A stretch of DNA of 63,423 nucleotides, the filler included. It is 6 parts of 6 records of this genome, joined end to end, with 100 filler letters (N's around TTAATTAATTAA, not from the genome) between each part and the next. Parts side by side here need not be neighbours in the genome. Positions count along the whole stretch, not along the records: positions 1 to 10,503 come from SRR31147125_1271; positions 10,604 to 17,651 come from SRR31147125_1272; 4 more parts are not named here. The stretch is one strand, 5' to 3'. Positions 1 to 10,766 of this stretch are shown in pieces (the stretch's first letter is position 1; every line of letters begins with the position of its first letter). A model generated the notes under the pieces. The model was not told where the DNA came from. It saw only the letters and a list, made by a program, of their open reading frames with translations, and did no database searches. The position numbers and the translations under genes are program-made.

Positions 1-28
1 AAGAATCTTTTCATAATGAGTTGTATAA

Positions 29-1270
29 TCAATTATTACAGTTGTTTCTTTTTACAGTAAATCGTGTTTTTTGAAAAACCAAAGCTGCAGCACCGGTACT
101 TCCCGAATCGTTGCTCAATTCTGAATTAACGACCTTGCAATCGCTTAACGGATTTTTTAAACCGGTTTTGTATAATCCCGTTTTTATCGAATTGATGAAA
201 AACGATTCTACTTTTGAATATTTCCCTGAAATAACAATGATTTCAGGATTCAGCAGGTTGATGATATTCCCGAGTGCGTATCCCAGTTTTTCTCCTTGTT
301 TTTGTAGAAGTGTTATGCAGAGCAAGTCTCCATCGTTTGCTGCTTTAATAATATTGTCGTAATGAATTTCTGTATTTTCCGATGTAAACGTTATTGAATG
401 TTCTCCGTTTTGCAGAGCTTCTTTTAACGAGCGTTCCAGAGCTTTTCCCGAAACTTCAGTATCGAGGCAGCCGTTTTTCCCGCAAATGCACGCCCGGTTT
501 TCATTACCCTGAAATTGCATGTGGCCAAACTCGCCTGCAAATCCCGATTCGCCGGTAATAATGGTTTTACTGGCAATAAGTGTCATTCCAATTCCGCTAC
601 TAATATTTACGATTATGGCATTGTTGGCATCCTTTACTTTTCCTGCCACCGATTCGTGTAAACCAACCACGCGGGTGTCGTTTTCTACTATGGTTGGGAG
701 CTTGGTTTTTGTTGAAATAAAGCTTGCAAACGGTATGTCGCCAAATTCGAAAAAATTATAGGTTTTCCCTGTTTTGCTATTAACCCGGCCGGTTATTCCA
801 ATGCCAATTCCAATAATGTTTTCAGAAGAAATTTTAGAAGCTTTTATTGTTTTATTAATGAATTGACTTACAAATTCGCGGCAGTCCTCGTTGTTTTCTA
901 GTTTAAAATTCGCGGCGCTTTTATTAAATACAGTTTGTAAGTTGATGTCGACAATGCTGAGTTGTAATTTATTCAGCAAAATCTCAATGCCAACACAATA
1001 GAATTTCTTTTTGTTTATGGTATAAACTACCGGTTTTCGACCGCTTTCAGTAACTATTTTTCCTCCTTCAATAACCAGTTCCTGCGTTTTTAGCTCGCCA
1101 ATAAAACGTGTAATTGTAGGAACACTAAGTTTTAATTTCTCTGCCAGTAAAGGAATAGTTAGCGGATTTTTAGCTTTGGAAAGTACCCGCAGAATTTTTA
1201 AGCCCTGTTCCTTTTTCCGGCTTTCGTTGTCACCTTGAAAATTATCTGTTGCCAGCCAGTTTTTAATCAT
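29..1270 (-). CDS. ROK family transcriptional repressor (NagC/XylR-like)
   Basis: N-terminal wHTH (LSVPTITRFIGEL...GRKP) and ROK motifs VENDT, GFAGEFGH and CxCGKNGCLDT. Start placed at ATG 1270 (MIKNW). The C-terminus may be extended by a 1-nt homopolymer error near 67-72. Confidence 0.9.
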   Translation of the reverse strand: MIKNWLATDNFQGDNESRKKEQGLKILRVLSKAKNPLTIPLLAEKLKLSVPTITRFIGELKTQELVIEGGKIVTESGRKPVVYTINKKKFYCVGIEILLNKLQLSIVDINLQTVFNKSAANFKLENNEDCREFVSQFINKTIKASKISSENIIGIGIGITGRVNSKTGKTYNFFEFGDIPFASFISTKTKLPTIVENDTRVVGLHESVAGKVKDANNAIIVNISSGIGMTLIASKTIITGESGFAGEFGHMQFQGNENRACICGKNGCLDTEVSGKALERSLKEALQNGEHSITFTSENTEIHYDNIIKAANDGDLLCITLLQKQGEKLGYALGNIINLLNPEIIVISGKYSKVESFFINSIKTGLYKTGLKNPLSDCKVVNSELSNDSGSTGAAALVFQKTRFTVKRNNCNN

Positions 1271-1385
1271 CGGGTAGTTTTTAATTAGATACAAAAATAA
1301 CAATAGTTATAAAATAATAGATAATTAATAAAAAATATTATTAATTAGATTTTTCAACTCTACAGATGAAAATCAATGATTTTAT

Positions 1386-1393
1386 TAGCTTTG
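1386..1393 (+). promoter_or_regulatory. Putative Bacteroidota -7 promoter element (TAGCTTTG)
   Basis: Matches the TAnnTTTG consensus, upstream of the methyltransferase gene. Confidence 0.35.
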
Positions 1394-1515
1394 TATCACT
1401 TCATTTAAGTAGAATACATACCGCGCTCCATCTGGAGTAATAACGTTTATGCAATACCAATCTGTGTAAACCGATTTTTTATTTCCTTATTTCTTATTTT
1501 AAAAATTGAAGAGTT

Positions 1516-2353
1516 ATGAAATTTGACAAGATTATACCATATACAATAAAACCAGAGCTTTATGAAAAAGGTACCGCTGTAATGTGGACTGATAAATATA
1601 TTTCGAAACAATTGCTGCAAGTACATTTAAATACCCAGCTTGACCTGGCAAGCCGAAAGCCCGAAACCATTACAAATACAATTAATTGGATGCTGGAGCA
1701 GACTCAGGGTGAAAAACTAAAAATACTTGATTTGGGTTGCGGACCGGGTTTATATTCTACACAACTTGCTAAAAGAGGCCACGAAGTTACCGGCATCGAT
1801 TTTTCAGAAAATTCGATTGCTTATGCAAAGCAGGAAGCCAATAAGGCAAACCTCAATATTGAATATATGCGGGCGAATTACTCAATTGGACTTGCCTGAA
1901 AGCAGTTTCGATTTGGTGATTTTGGTTTTTACCGATTTGGGCGTGTTATTGCCCGAAGAGCGAAACAAAATAATTCGTTTTGTCCATAAAATTCTTAAAC
2001 CCGGCGGCACCTTTATTTTCGATGTGTTAAACGACAAAGAACTTGCCCAAAAGATTTCTCCCAAAAACTGGGAAGCAGCTAAACAAGGATTCTGGAAACC
2101 TGAATCTTACCTCGCTTTATCTGAATCATTTTTATATGAAAATGAGAAGGTAATTCTTTATCAGCACGTATTAATTGACGAGAAAGAAAATATAGATGTT
2201 TATCGTTTCTGGACACATTTTTTTGTTCACACTGATTTGCAGAAAATCCTAAACGAACACGGTTTTGACGATTTTACCTTTTCTGAAAATGTTTTACCTG
2301 AAGGTGACTTGTTTAGTGGCGAACACGTTACGTTTTGTGTTGCGCGGAAATAG
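1516..2353 (+). CDS. Class I SAM-dependent methyltransferase (frameshifted near 1880)
   Basis: Motif I ILDLGCGPG and GIDFS in ORF 1516-1899 continue as FDLVIL...LKPGGTFIFD in ORF 1727-2353. One gene split by an indel. Confidence 0.85.
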
Positions 2354-2362
2354 ATATTTTTA

Positions 2363-2400
2363 AGAACCGTTCTGTATAATCTTATATACAGAACGGTTCT
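2363..2400. repeat. 16-bp perfect palindrome (REP-like or terminator), copy 1
   Basis: AGAACCGTTCTGTATA-6 nt-TATACAGAACGGTTCT just after the methyltransferase stop. A related copy lies at 7146-7186. Confidence 0.8.
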
Positions 2401-2667
2401 CTCTCTCTCGTATTTTTATTGTTACATTTCTATTAAGGCTTATAATAAGTTTGTTGTAAGGGATAAATATAATTATATTTAATAGCTCAAATAATTATCA
2501 TAACTTGGGAATACAGCATGTCACACATTTCTGTGTTTCTGAATTATCAGTTTTAAAAACCTTTTTTAGTTGTACACATGAAACAAAAATACCTAAACTC
2601 GTTGTGCAGAAAGCTGTTTGCAACCAACTTGCGTTTGTTCTTACGAACTATGAATAATAGCAAACGA

Positions 2668-5600
2668 ATGAAATTTATTTTTTCATTCTTAATTGTCGGT
2701 ATAGTGGGAGTGCATTTTTGTTATGCACAACCCGACGATACCTGGTTTCCTTTCGAAATTCCTGCATTGGATACCAGCGAGGTTGAATTTGCCCCGGTTT
2801 TTCCACAAAATCCAATTGGTAATAACGATTTTGTAAGTATAAACTCTGCCGGCCATTTTGAAGTGAATGGCGAAGAAATTCGTTTCTGGGGGACTCCAAT
2901 ATATCCTTTTAAAGCAGACAAGGAATTGGTTAAAAAAGAAGCCAGAGAATTACGAAAGATGGGAGTGAATATGGTTCGTTTTCATTTAATTGATTCGCGC
3001 GAATGGGCAGAGAGCGATATATTTGGTACAAAAGAAGGTACCCGCACATTAGATCCGGTTCAATTAGAAAGGATGGATTATATGGTTTCGGAATTGAAGA
3101 AACAGGGAATATATGTTTATATGGATCTGCTTTGTGGCCGGAAATATACTGAAAGCGATGGAGTTTATGATCCTGATTCTGTTTTCAGCGCAGCTAAAGA
3201 AGTCAATTTTTTTGACCCTTACCTAATTGAACTGCAAAAAGAATATGCCAGTCAACTGCTTACACATGTAAATCCATACACAGGTTTGGCATTAAAAGAT
3301 GATCCTGTAATGGCTTGTATGGAAATAGTAAACGAAGGATGGTTTCTACATTCGGTAAGGTGTGATAAGATTAAGCCTGTGTCGGAAGGGGGACTTCTTT
3401 CTCATTATCATTATAATATGCTGGTTGGTTTTTATAACGATTTTTTAGAGGAGAAATATGGTACCCATGAAGAATTGATGAATGCATGGGGAATAATAGA
3501 TGAAACATCACTTTCGGTGGCTAACAATGGTTTCGAAAATGATTTTGAAAACTGGAATCATTATTTAGGAGGCCAGGTGCAGGGTAGCATGGAAATTGAT
3601 GGTTCCGACGTTCATAGTGGCGATAAAGCACTTCATTTAAATATTACAGAATCGTCTTCTATTAACTGGGAATGTAATCTGGAACACGATGACTTGTTTT
3701 TTACTGAAGGTGAAAGTTACACTCTGTCGTTTTGGGCAAAATCTGAAGATTCGGATACTGTACATGTAAATATTGCACAAAGAACTGAACCTTATACCTC
3801 GGTAGGAGGTGGCCAATTTATTATAGAGGGAGATTGGAAAGAATACGAATTAACTTTTACGGTAAATCAGGTATGGGAAGATGATCCACATTTTGCCTTT
3901 TATATGGGATTGGTGAAAGGTAATTTGTGGCTCGACGATATTTCTATTACGGAAGGTGCTAGCGAAATTAGTGATGGAGGAACGTTAGATGACAGGAATA
4001 TAAAACTTCTGGGAATTTGGGAAAAACAGACCGAGCCAAACCGACAAAGACAACTTGATCAATCTGAATTCTATTTGAAAATTCAGAGCGATTATTATAC
4101 CGATTTAAGTACCTACCTAAAAGATGATATTGGTGTAAAAATTCCGGTGGCCGGTTCTAACTATTTGGTTGGAATCCCTGATTTTTATGTACAGGACTAT
4201 ACCGATTTTGTTGACCAGCATGGATATTGGGGACTGATGTCGAATGATAAAACTTCAATGATTTCAAATCCTAACTTTACCAATGCAATTTTAGATTTAT
4301 TTGCAGGTGTTGGAGTGCAGGGAAAACCATTAACAGCAAGTGAGTATAATTACGAAATGCCCAATTCTTTTGCCAACGAGGCATTGTTTTTTCTTGCTGC
4401 TTATTCTTCTTTTCAGGATGCAGATATGGCATTAGTGCATGGTACCGCTTACGAACGTTTGTATGATGGAATAATGCTTAGTGGTTTAGATAATTATAAC
4501 CGCTTGTTCGATAAGGTTATGTATCCGGGATTTGCTTACGTATACCGGAATAAGCTTATATCGAAAGCCGAAACAACTGTAAATATTGGTTTTACCGATG
4601 AGGATGTTAAAACCTGGTATTTCATAAAGATGAGTTGTGGGAAACAGCTGCGTATCCAAACGATTACCCCTTTGAGTTAATGTATAAGCATGGGCTAAGA
4701 AGTAGTTTTAACACTGAGCAACCTTATAACGTAAACGATTATCCTGCTCGTCCTACAAATCCGTATCGTTCCGATACCGAAGAGATTGAATGGGATGAAA
4801 ACGGTTTATTTTCAATTAACACATCACGTTTTGTGGCTATTGTAGGAAAAATGAATGAATATGCCGGAAAAGAGGTTGGAGTTGTAGAGATTGTTGAGGC
4901 CGATAAATCGTGTGGTTTAACATTACTTACTTTAGATGATAAAAGTATAAATCAGTCAGAAAAAATGCTGATGACTTTTACCACCCAACAGGGAACCATG
5001 GGAATGGTAATTGAAGATGGAACTGTTACTGACCACGGCGTAGGCCCTATTTTACTGGAACCGGCAACTATTAAGTTTAAACTAAAAACCGAGTTGCCCG
5101 AAATTAAAGTTCATTGGCTGGCAGAAGAAGGAAATCCGACAGGTTATTACGAAGTTTTTGATACAAACGATGACGGTACTGCTACCATTGAAATTAATAC
5201 GTATGAAAGAGACGGTTTGTGGTTTGGGATTGGCGATGCAAATGCTACGTCAGACCTGGTAAATGTTACTTTTAGCGTTGATATGCAAAGTGAAACCGTA
5301 TCGCAAAGTGGAATTTTTTTACGTGGAACATTTAATAGCTGGAATAGCAATACGCCTTTGTCTGCAAACGGTACAGTTTATTCAACAACTCTCCAGTTAA
5401 ATAAAGGCGAAACTGTTGAATATAAATTTGTAAATGGTGATACCTGGGAAGATATAAGTTCAGGAACCTGTACTACTGGCGAAGATCGAAACCGGAGTTA
5501 TACGGTGCCCGATAGCGATGTAATTATAAGTGCTGTTTGTTTTAATAGTTGCGAGGCTTGTAATAATACCGGTTTAGAGGACAATTACCTGGCGCAGGTT

Positions 5601-5837
5601 AAAGTGTATCCAAATCCCGCAAAAGATAAACTTACTATTTCGGGCCTGGGTAACGAAGAAAATATGAGTGTAAAGATTTATTCGTTGGATGGCAGGTTGT
5701 TATTAGAACAAGAATCGACATATCAAACACAAGTAGAAATTAATATGGACAAATACAATCAGGGGGTTTATAAGTTAGTGCTAACTAGTAATAGTGGCAG
5801 CAAAAGTTTTAGCATTGTAAAACAAGGACGGAAGTAA
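2668..5837 (+). CDS. T9SS-secreted GH5-like glycoside hydrolase with inserted CBM4/9, a CBM48/20-like domain and a C-terminal T9SS sorting domain (frameshift near 4610)
   Basis: Signal peptide, GVNMVRFH, acid/base MEIVNEG, CBM4-like NNGFE...YTLSFWAKS, nucleophile KPLTASEYN, VTFSVDM...LRGTFNSW...EYKFVNG and CTD VKVYPNPAKD...GVY. Adding one A to the A-run at 4609-4612 fuses the two ORFs. Alternative start at 2650. Confidence 0.8.
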
Positions 5838-5880
5838 TTTCTTCAGTATTAGGTAAAATATTTGTACTAAATAGTGCTAT

Positions 5881-5916
5881 AAAAGTGGCATCTCAATTTT
5901 TGGGGATGCCATTTTT
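5881..5916 (+). terminator. Intrinsic terminator
   Basis: AAAAGTGGCATCTC / GGGATGCCATTTT stem with a T-tract, downstream of the glycanase. Confidence 0.7.
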
Positions 5917-5994
5917 GTGTACGCGAAAAGTTAGATAAAAACAATTATGAGTTTTTTTATGAATTTTGGAGAAGTAAGATAACTTTGGTTTTTT

Positions 5995-6471
5995 ATGAGC
6001 AGATTATTTGTTTTTACTGACGGAAGTGTAGATGTGCAAACAAAAATTGGTTACGGCGCTTCGCTTGTTGTTGCCGAAATTAATCTTGCTGTGGAAAATC
6101 TCGTGCAGAAGGTAGAAACAAAACGTTTCGAAAATACCAGTTCAACAAAACTTGAACTACAGATTTTGTTATGGGCTTTAACCGGAATAAATTCAGATGA
6201 AAAGAAGGTGATTATTTATACCGATTCGCAAAATATTACCCAACTTTTAGAACGCAGGCATAGCTTAGAACAAAACGATTTTCGGTCGAAAAAAGGAATA
6301 CTATTGAAGAATCACGAATTGTACAAAGAGTTCTTCCTGAAAATTGAGGCTCTCGATTGTGAAATTATAAAAGTTAAAGGGCATCAGCCTTCGCGAAATA
6401 AAAACGAAATAGAGCGAGTTTTTACGCTGGTTGATAAGGCATCGAGGAGAGCGCTTCGGGAAATGAGATAA
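5995..6471 (+). CDS. rnhA: Ribonuclease HI
   Basis: FTDGS, LELQ, YTDSQ, KVKGH and LVDKAS supply the full D-E-D-D catalytic set. A TAACTTTG -7 element lies at 5980-5987. Confidence 0.85.
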   Translation: MSRLFVFTDGSVDVQTKIGYGASLVVAEINLAVENLVQKVETKRFENTSSTKLELQILLWALTGINSDEKKVIIYTDSQNITQLLERRHSLEQNDFRSKKGILLKNHELYKEFFLKIEALDCEIIKVKGHQPSRNKNEIERVFTLVDKASRRALREMR

Positions 6472-7080
6472 TTATTCTGCAAATACTCTTTCCAGATTAA
6501 TTTCGCAGCCTTCCAATACGTTAACAGGAAGTGTTTGGTTGGCTGAATATTTTCTGATTAGTCGGTATTTCCCATCTTCATCCAGAAGAAAAACATCAAC
6601 AAGATTAACATCGGGGTAAACCATCCAGTATTCCTTTACACCAACTTCTTCATATAATTCGAATTTTATAATGGCATCTTTTTCGGAAGAAGAAGGGGAA
6701 AGAATCTCAATAATAAAATCGGGTGATCCATTGCAGCCTTTTTCATCAAGAATATCAGGATTGCAGATAACGCAAATATCGGGCTGAACTACGGTAAATG
6801 TTTTTTTATCATTTTTTGAAACAGGTAAGCGAACATCGAACGGGGCAGAGTAAATTTTGCATTTCGAGCCACGAAGGAATTGATGTATTTGGGTTGAGAT
6901 TTCCATTGAAATTCCCTGATGTTTTCTCCTTGGTGCTGATAATTTATATATTTTCCCTTTTATTAGCTCCACCCGCTCTTCAAATTTCCATTTCAGGTAA
7001 TCGGCATAGCTATATTCTGCCGACATGTCGAGTTCTTCCACCTTGCTAATTGTTTCTGGTGCTTTGTATGTTGTTGCCAT
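6472..7080 (-). CDS. Uma2 family (PD-(D/E)XK) endonuclease
   Basis: ELIKGKI, APRRKHQ, VVQPDICV, PDFIIEILSPS and KFELYEEVGVKEYWMV. Confidence 0.9.
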   Translation of the reverse strand: MATTYKAPETISKVEELDMSAEYSYADYLKWKFEERVELIKGKIYKLSAPRRKHQGISMEISTQIHQFLRGSKCKIYSAPFDVRLPVSKNDKKTFTVVQPDICVICNPDILDEKGCNGSPDFIIEILSPSSSEKDAIIKFELYEEVGVKEYWMVYPDVNLVDVFLLDEDGKYRLIRKYSANQTLPVNVLEGCEINLERVFAE

Positions 7081-7121
7081 GGTTCTGAATTTGAGACCAT
7101 AAAGTTAAGCAAATACAATAA

Positions 7122-7210
7122 AAAATGGCACCTCATTTATCTTAAAGACCCGTTCTGTATAATTTTAGTCTATACAGAACGGGTCTCTTTTTTTAACAAG
7201 ATGCCATTTT
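7122..7210. repeat. Nested palindromes: REP-like copy 2 (7146-7186) inside a terminator-type stem (7122-7133 / 7199-7210)
   Basis: Inner AGACCCGTTCTGTATA-9 nt-TATACAGAACGGGTCT. The outer arms AAAATGGCACCT / AGATGCCATTTT resemble the 5881-5916 terminator. Confidence 0.75.
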
Positions 7211-7237
7211 CCCAGGCAAATATGCATGTAAAGAAAT

Positions 7238-9436
7238 TTATCTCGCCGTATTCCCCATCTCAAATACCAATTTACCACCTTCCATAATTTGCTGGTGGGT
7301 AATGTATCTTTCCGAATACGGTTGTCCGTTTAATGTAATCGACTGGATATAAACATTCTCTTTGCTGTTATCTTTGGCAATTACAGTAAATGTTTTTCCG
7401 TCGGGAAGATTGATAACCACCTTATTTAAGGCCGGGCTGCCAATATAATAAATTCCATTTGCAGGGTTAACAGGGTAAAATCCCATGTTGGCAAAAACGT
7501 ACCATGCCGACATCTGGCCGCAATCTTCGTTTCCGCAGTAACCATCAGGTTTGTTGCTGTATTGGGTTTCAATAATTTCTCGGGTGTAATGTTGTCCTTT
7601 CGCAGGTTCATCGGTAAAATTATACAGGAACGGAACGTGGTGGCTGGGCTCGTTTCCATGGGCATACTGGCCAATCATTCCGGTGCTGAAAATCGGTAAT
7701 TTATCATCGGCAGAAGGGTAGTAGGTAAACATACTGTCGAGCAATTCTGTAAAACGTTCTTTGCCCATAATATCTCGGAATCCTTCAATATCGTGCTGAG
7801 CTGCAAATAAATAATGCCACGCGTTACTTTCGCAGTACACATTAGTGTATTCTTTGGCAACAAATGGCTCGTGGAATTTACCGGCCTTATTTTTCGCCCT
7901 AAAGAAGTTTGTTTTGCTGTCGTACAGGTTTTTCCAGTTATCGGCGCGTTTCGCAAAGAGTTTATAATCGTCTTCTTTTCCCAGGGCTTTTGCAAATTCT
8001 GCAATGCACCAATCGTCATACGCAAATTCCAGCGTTTTCGAAACCGACCAGTTTTCACCTTCCTCATTCATTGGCACATAACCCAATTCACGGTATTCTT
8101 TCATTTCTTCAGTATCGTTCATTCCCGATGTTTTACAAGCTTCAAAAGCCTTTTTTGCATCCATCGGAATACCTTTAAAATATGCATCAACAATAACCGG
8201 AACCGCGTGGTAGCCAATCATCATATTGGTTTCGTTTCCGGCCATCGACCAAACAGGCAACAATCCGGTTTCGTCGTAATGCGCCATCATCGATTGAATC
8301 ATATTTTTCACTTCATCAGGACAAATAATGGTATAAAGCGGATGTGCTGCACGGTAAGTATCCCACAACGAAAAGGTATCGTAACGTTTATATCCATTTG
8401 CGGTTTGTGGTTTTTGGTCGGCGCCTTTGTATGCCCCGTCAACATCGCTAAGCAAACTTGGCGTAAGGAATAAATGGTAGAGGTTGGTATAGAAAACTTC
8501 TTTTTGGTAATCGCTTCCTTCAACGCGGATGGCTGACAATTCATCTTCCCAGTTTTTATCGGCTTCGGCACGAACTTTATCAAAATCCCAATGGTTTAAT
8601 TCAGCCTGAAGGTTTTTACGTGCTCCTTCAACCGAAGCAGAAGAGAGTGCTATTTTTACCAAAACCTGTTCGCCATCTTTTGTGCTGAAAGTGGTTTCGA
8701 ATCGTGCTTTCTTGCCTGCAACTTCAACACCTTCATTGGCTTCAGCTTCGGGCGAAAGCATTACATTTTCAAATGGTTTCGAGAATTCTGCCACAAAAAA
8801 TACATGCTGAACCCGCGCCCAACCTTGAGATTTTCGAACACCCGAAATGGTATGGTTGTTTTCAATTTTTATAATTGTTTCGGTTGGCGAATCCCAGTTT
8901 AAGGCGTAACCAAGGTCGAGAATAATTTTACTTTCCTTGTCTTCAGGGAAAGTATAACGGTGCATTCCTACTCGGTCGGTGGTGGTTAATTCTGCTTCAA
9001 TACCCGAGCTTTCCAACATTACTTTGTAATAACCCGGCGAGGCTTCTTCATTATCGTGACGAAACTTTGAATAGGGGCGGTAGCCATCAAGTTCAGGCCA
9101 TAAATCTTCGGCGAATTTTGAGTTCATAGGGAACAGCAGCAAGTCGTACATGTCGCCGGCACCGGTTCCGCTCAGGTGGGTGTGCGAAAATCCTGCAATG
9201 GTTGAATCGGGCCAATAATAACCCGCAATTCTGTCCCATCCCGGAAGTCCGTTGTCGGGGCTTAACTGCACCATTCCAAAGGGAACTACGGCTCCCGGAT
9301 AGGTGTTTCCCGGGCCATCGGTGCCCACAAAAGTATTTACGTATTGGGTTAACTTTTCTGTTTCCTGTTTCGCTGTTTCTTTTGTTTGACAGGATAACAG
9401 GATTGCTGCTAAAAGTAGTATTGATAGTTGTTTCAT
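7238..9436 (-). CDS. GH92 alpha-1,2-mannosidase, lipoprotein
   Basis: Lipobox LLSC, GNTYPGAVVPFGMVQLSPD, FSLWDTYRA, HGNEPSHH and GNEDCGQMSAW. True start is MKQLS at 9436. Confidence 0.93.
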   Translation of the reverse strand: MKQLSILLLAAILLSCQTKETAKQETEKLTQYVNTFVGTDGPGNTYPGAVVPFGMVQLSPDNGLPGWDRIAGYYWPDSTIAGFSHTHLSGTGAGDMYDLLLFPMNSKFAEDLWPELDGYRPYSKFRHDNEEASPGYYKVMLESSGIEAELTTTDRVGMHRYTFPEDKESKIILDLGYALNWDSPTETIIKIENNHTISGVRKSQGWARVQHVFFVAEFSKPFENVMLSPEAEANEGVEVAGKKARFETTFSTKDGEQVLVKIALSSASVEGARKNLQAELNHWDFDKVRAEADKNWEDELSAIRVEGSDYQKEVFYTNLYHLFLTPSLLSDVDGAYKGADQKPQTANGYKRYDTFSLWDTYRAAHPLYTIICPDEVKNMIQSMMAHYDETGLLPVWSMAGNETNMMIGYHAVPVIVDAYFKGIPMDAKKAFEACKTSGMNDTEEMKEYRELGYVPMNEEGENWSVSKTLEFAYDDWCIAEFAKALGKEDDYKLFAKRADNWKNLYDSKTNFFRAKNKAGKFHEPFVAKEYTNVYCESNAWHYLFAAQHDIEGFRDIMGKERFTELLDSMFTYYPSADDKLPIFSTGMIGQYAHGNEPSHHVPFLYNFTDEPAKGQHYTREIIETQYSNKPDGYCGNEDCGQMSAWYVFANMGFYPVNPANGIYYIGSPALNKVVINLPDGKTFTVIAKDNSKENVYIQSITLNGQPYSERYITHQQIMEGGKLVFEMGNTAR

Positions 9437-9450
9437 ATTTTTCCATTTTG

Positions 9451-9513
9451 CTGTTATTTCGAGGGAGGCACGACCGACAAATCGGGACAGGCTATACGTC
9501 GTCGAAATGACAG
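9451..9513. repeat. GTCA-type palindromic (REP-like) element between the GH92 genes
   Basis: Terminal inverted repeat CTGTTATTTCGA / TCGAAATGACAG with one mismatch and a GC-rich interior. Confidence 0.55.
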
Positions 9514-9521
9514 GGTATTTT

Positions 9522-10502
9522 CTAATGCTTAATTTCCAAAACTCCGCCCTTAACCAAATCGGCATGGTTTACAAAGAACGATTTTTGTGTTTTTCCGTTC
9601 AGTTTAATGCTTTTAATTTTTTCTCCTGAACCTGTTTTTTTGATGATAATTTCTTTTCCCGGGTAGAAATTCTGGTCGAGTTGAATTTTTACTTCATCAA
9701 AAACTGGTGAGGCAACCGCATAATTCATATCGCCCGGAAGTATGGGGTAAATTCCCATCATAGAATATACAATCCAGGTCGACATAGTGCCGGTGTCGTC
9801 GTTTCCGGGAAGTCCACCCGGCTTATTTTTAAAGTAAGTAGCCATTAATCGGCTAAGTTCTTTTTGTGTACGCCACTCTTCGCCTTTCACATAATTAAAC
9901 AACCACGGATAATGAATATCGGGTTCGTTGGCCATATCGAAATGTCCTTCGTCGAAAATAGCCTGAAGTTTTTTTGTGAATTGTTTTTTGCCGCCATTTA
10001 ATGCTATCATTCCATTAATGTCGTGATGTGCACAAAAAGTGTACTGGTAGGCATTTCCTTCGTGGAAACCCGGACTTGGTTCGAAGTTTTCGCCCTGACG
10101 AGGATTAAAGTCAGGCATAAATTCTCCATTCTCTAATTTTGGACGAATAATACCAAACTCCGGGCAATAGTAATTTTTGTATGCTCGCGACTGTTTCAGG
10201 AAACGTTCATAATCTTCCGTTTTTCCCAACTCTTTGGCAATTTGTGCAAGGTTCCAGTCGGCAATGTAATATTCCAAAGCGTGCGAAACCGAGTTGTCGT
10301 ATTGTTCCATTAGCGGAACGTAACCGTGCGAAATGTAGTGGTCAATATCCGGACGAAGTTTGTTTTCTGCCCCGGGCAATGTTGCCGATTTGTACATTCC
10401 TTCGTATGCTTTTTCTATATCGAAATCCTGAATGCCGCGAAACCAGGTATCAACAATAACCGGGATGGCCGGGTCGCCTTCCATAACATGTGTTTCGGTG
10501 CT
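9522..10502 (-). CDS. GH92 alpha-mannosidase, 5'-truncated at contig end
   Basis: SVSHALEY, FHEGNAYQY, MANEPDIH and PGNDDTGTMSTW. Confidence 0.9.
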   Translation of the reverse strand, partial: STETHVMEGDPAIPVIVDTWFRGIQDFDIEKAYEGMYKSATLPGAENKLRPDIDHYISHGYVPLMEQYDNSVSHALEYYIADWNLAQIAKELGKTEDYERFLKQSRAYKNYYCPEFGIIRPKLENGEFMPDFNPRQGENFEPSPGFHEGNAYQYTFCAHHDINGMIALNGGKKQFTKKLQAIFDEGHFDMANEPDIHYPWLFNYVKGEEWRTQKELSRLMATYFKNKPGGLPGNDDTGTMSTWIVYSMMGIYPILPGDMNYAVASPVFDEVKIQLDQNFYPGKEIIIKKTGSGEKIKSIKLNGKTQKSFFVNHADLVKGGVLEIKH

Positions 10503-10503
10503 G

Positions 10504-10603
10504 NNNNNNNNNNNNNNNNNNNNNNNNNNNNNNNNNNNNNNNNNNNNTTAATTAATTAANNNNNNNNNNNNNNNNNNNNNNNNNNNNNNNNNNNNNNNNN
10601 NNN
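10504..10603. other. Artificial contig spacer
   Basis: N44-TTAATTAATTAA-N44, with stops in all six frames. Confidence 0.98.
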
Positions 10604-10665
10604 TTTTACCCTCAAAAAGTGACTGATGTTATTTTCGGGGTACCATGTTTTAATAATTGATAAAC

Positions 10666-10766
10666 CTCGCCATTCTGAGTGGAACCATAGGGAAAAATCG
10701 AGAAATATATAATAAATACAATAGGTTAGATAAATGAGATCCTTCGACTTCGCTCAGGATGACGAG
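10666..10766. repeat. GTCA-type palindromic REP-like element
   Basis: CTCGCCATTCTGAGTG pairs with CGCTCAGGATGACGAG (3 transition mismatches). The right arm GAGATCCTTCGACTTCGCTCAGGATGAC resembles a widespread intergenic palindromic repeat type. Confidence 0.6.

Noticed and set aside
5995..7080. RNase H next to a Uma2 nuclease as a possible defence or retroelement module
   Set aside because: The genes are convergent, both families are common stand-alone genes, and no reverse transcriptase, integrase or ncRNA is nearby.
7426..10559. Many overlapping alternative-frame ORFs within the GH92 genes, and similar ones elsewhere such as 41638-41991
   Set aside because: They are shadow ORFs of well-supported genes and carry no recognisable motifs.
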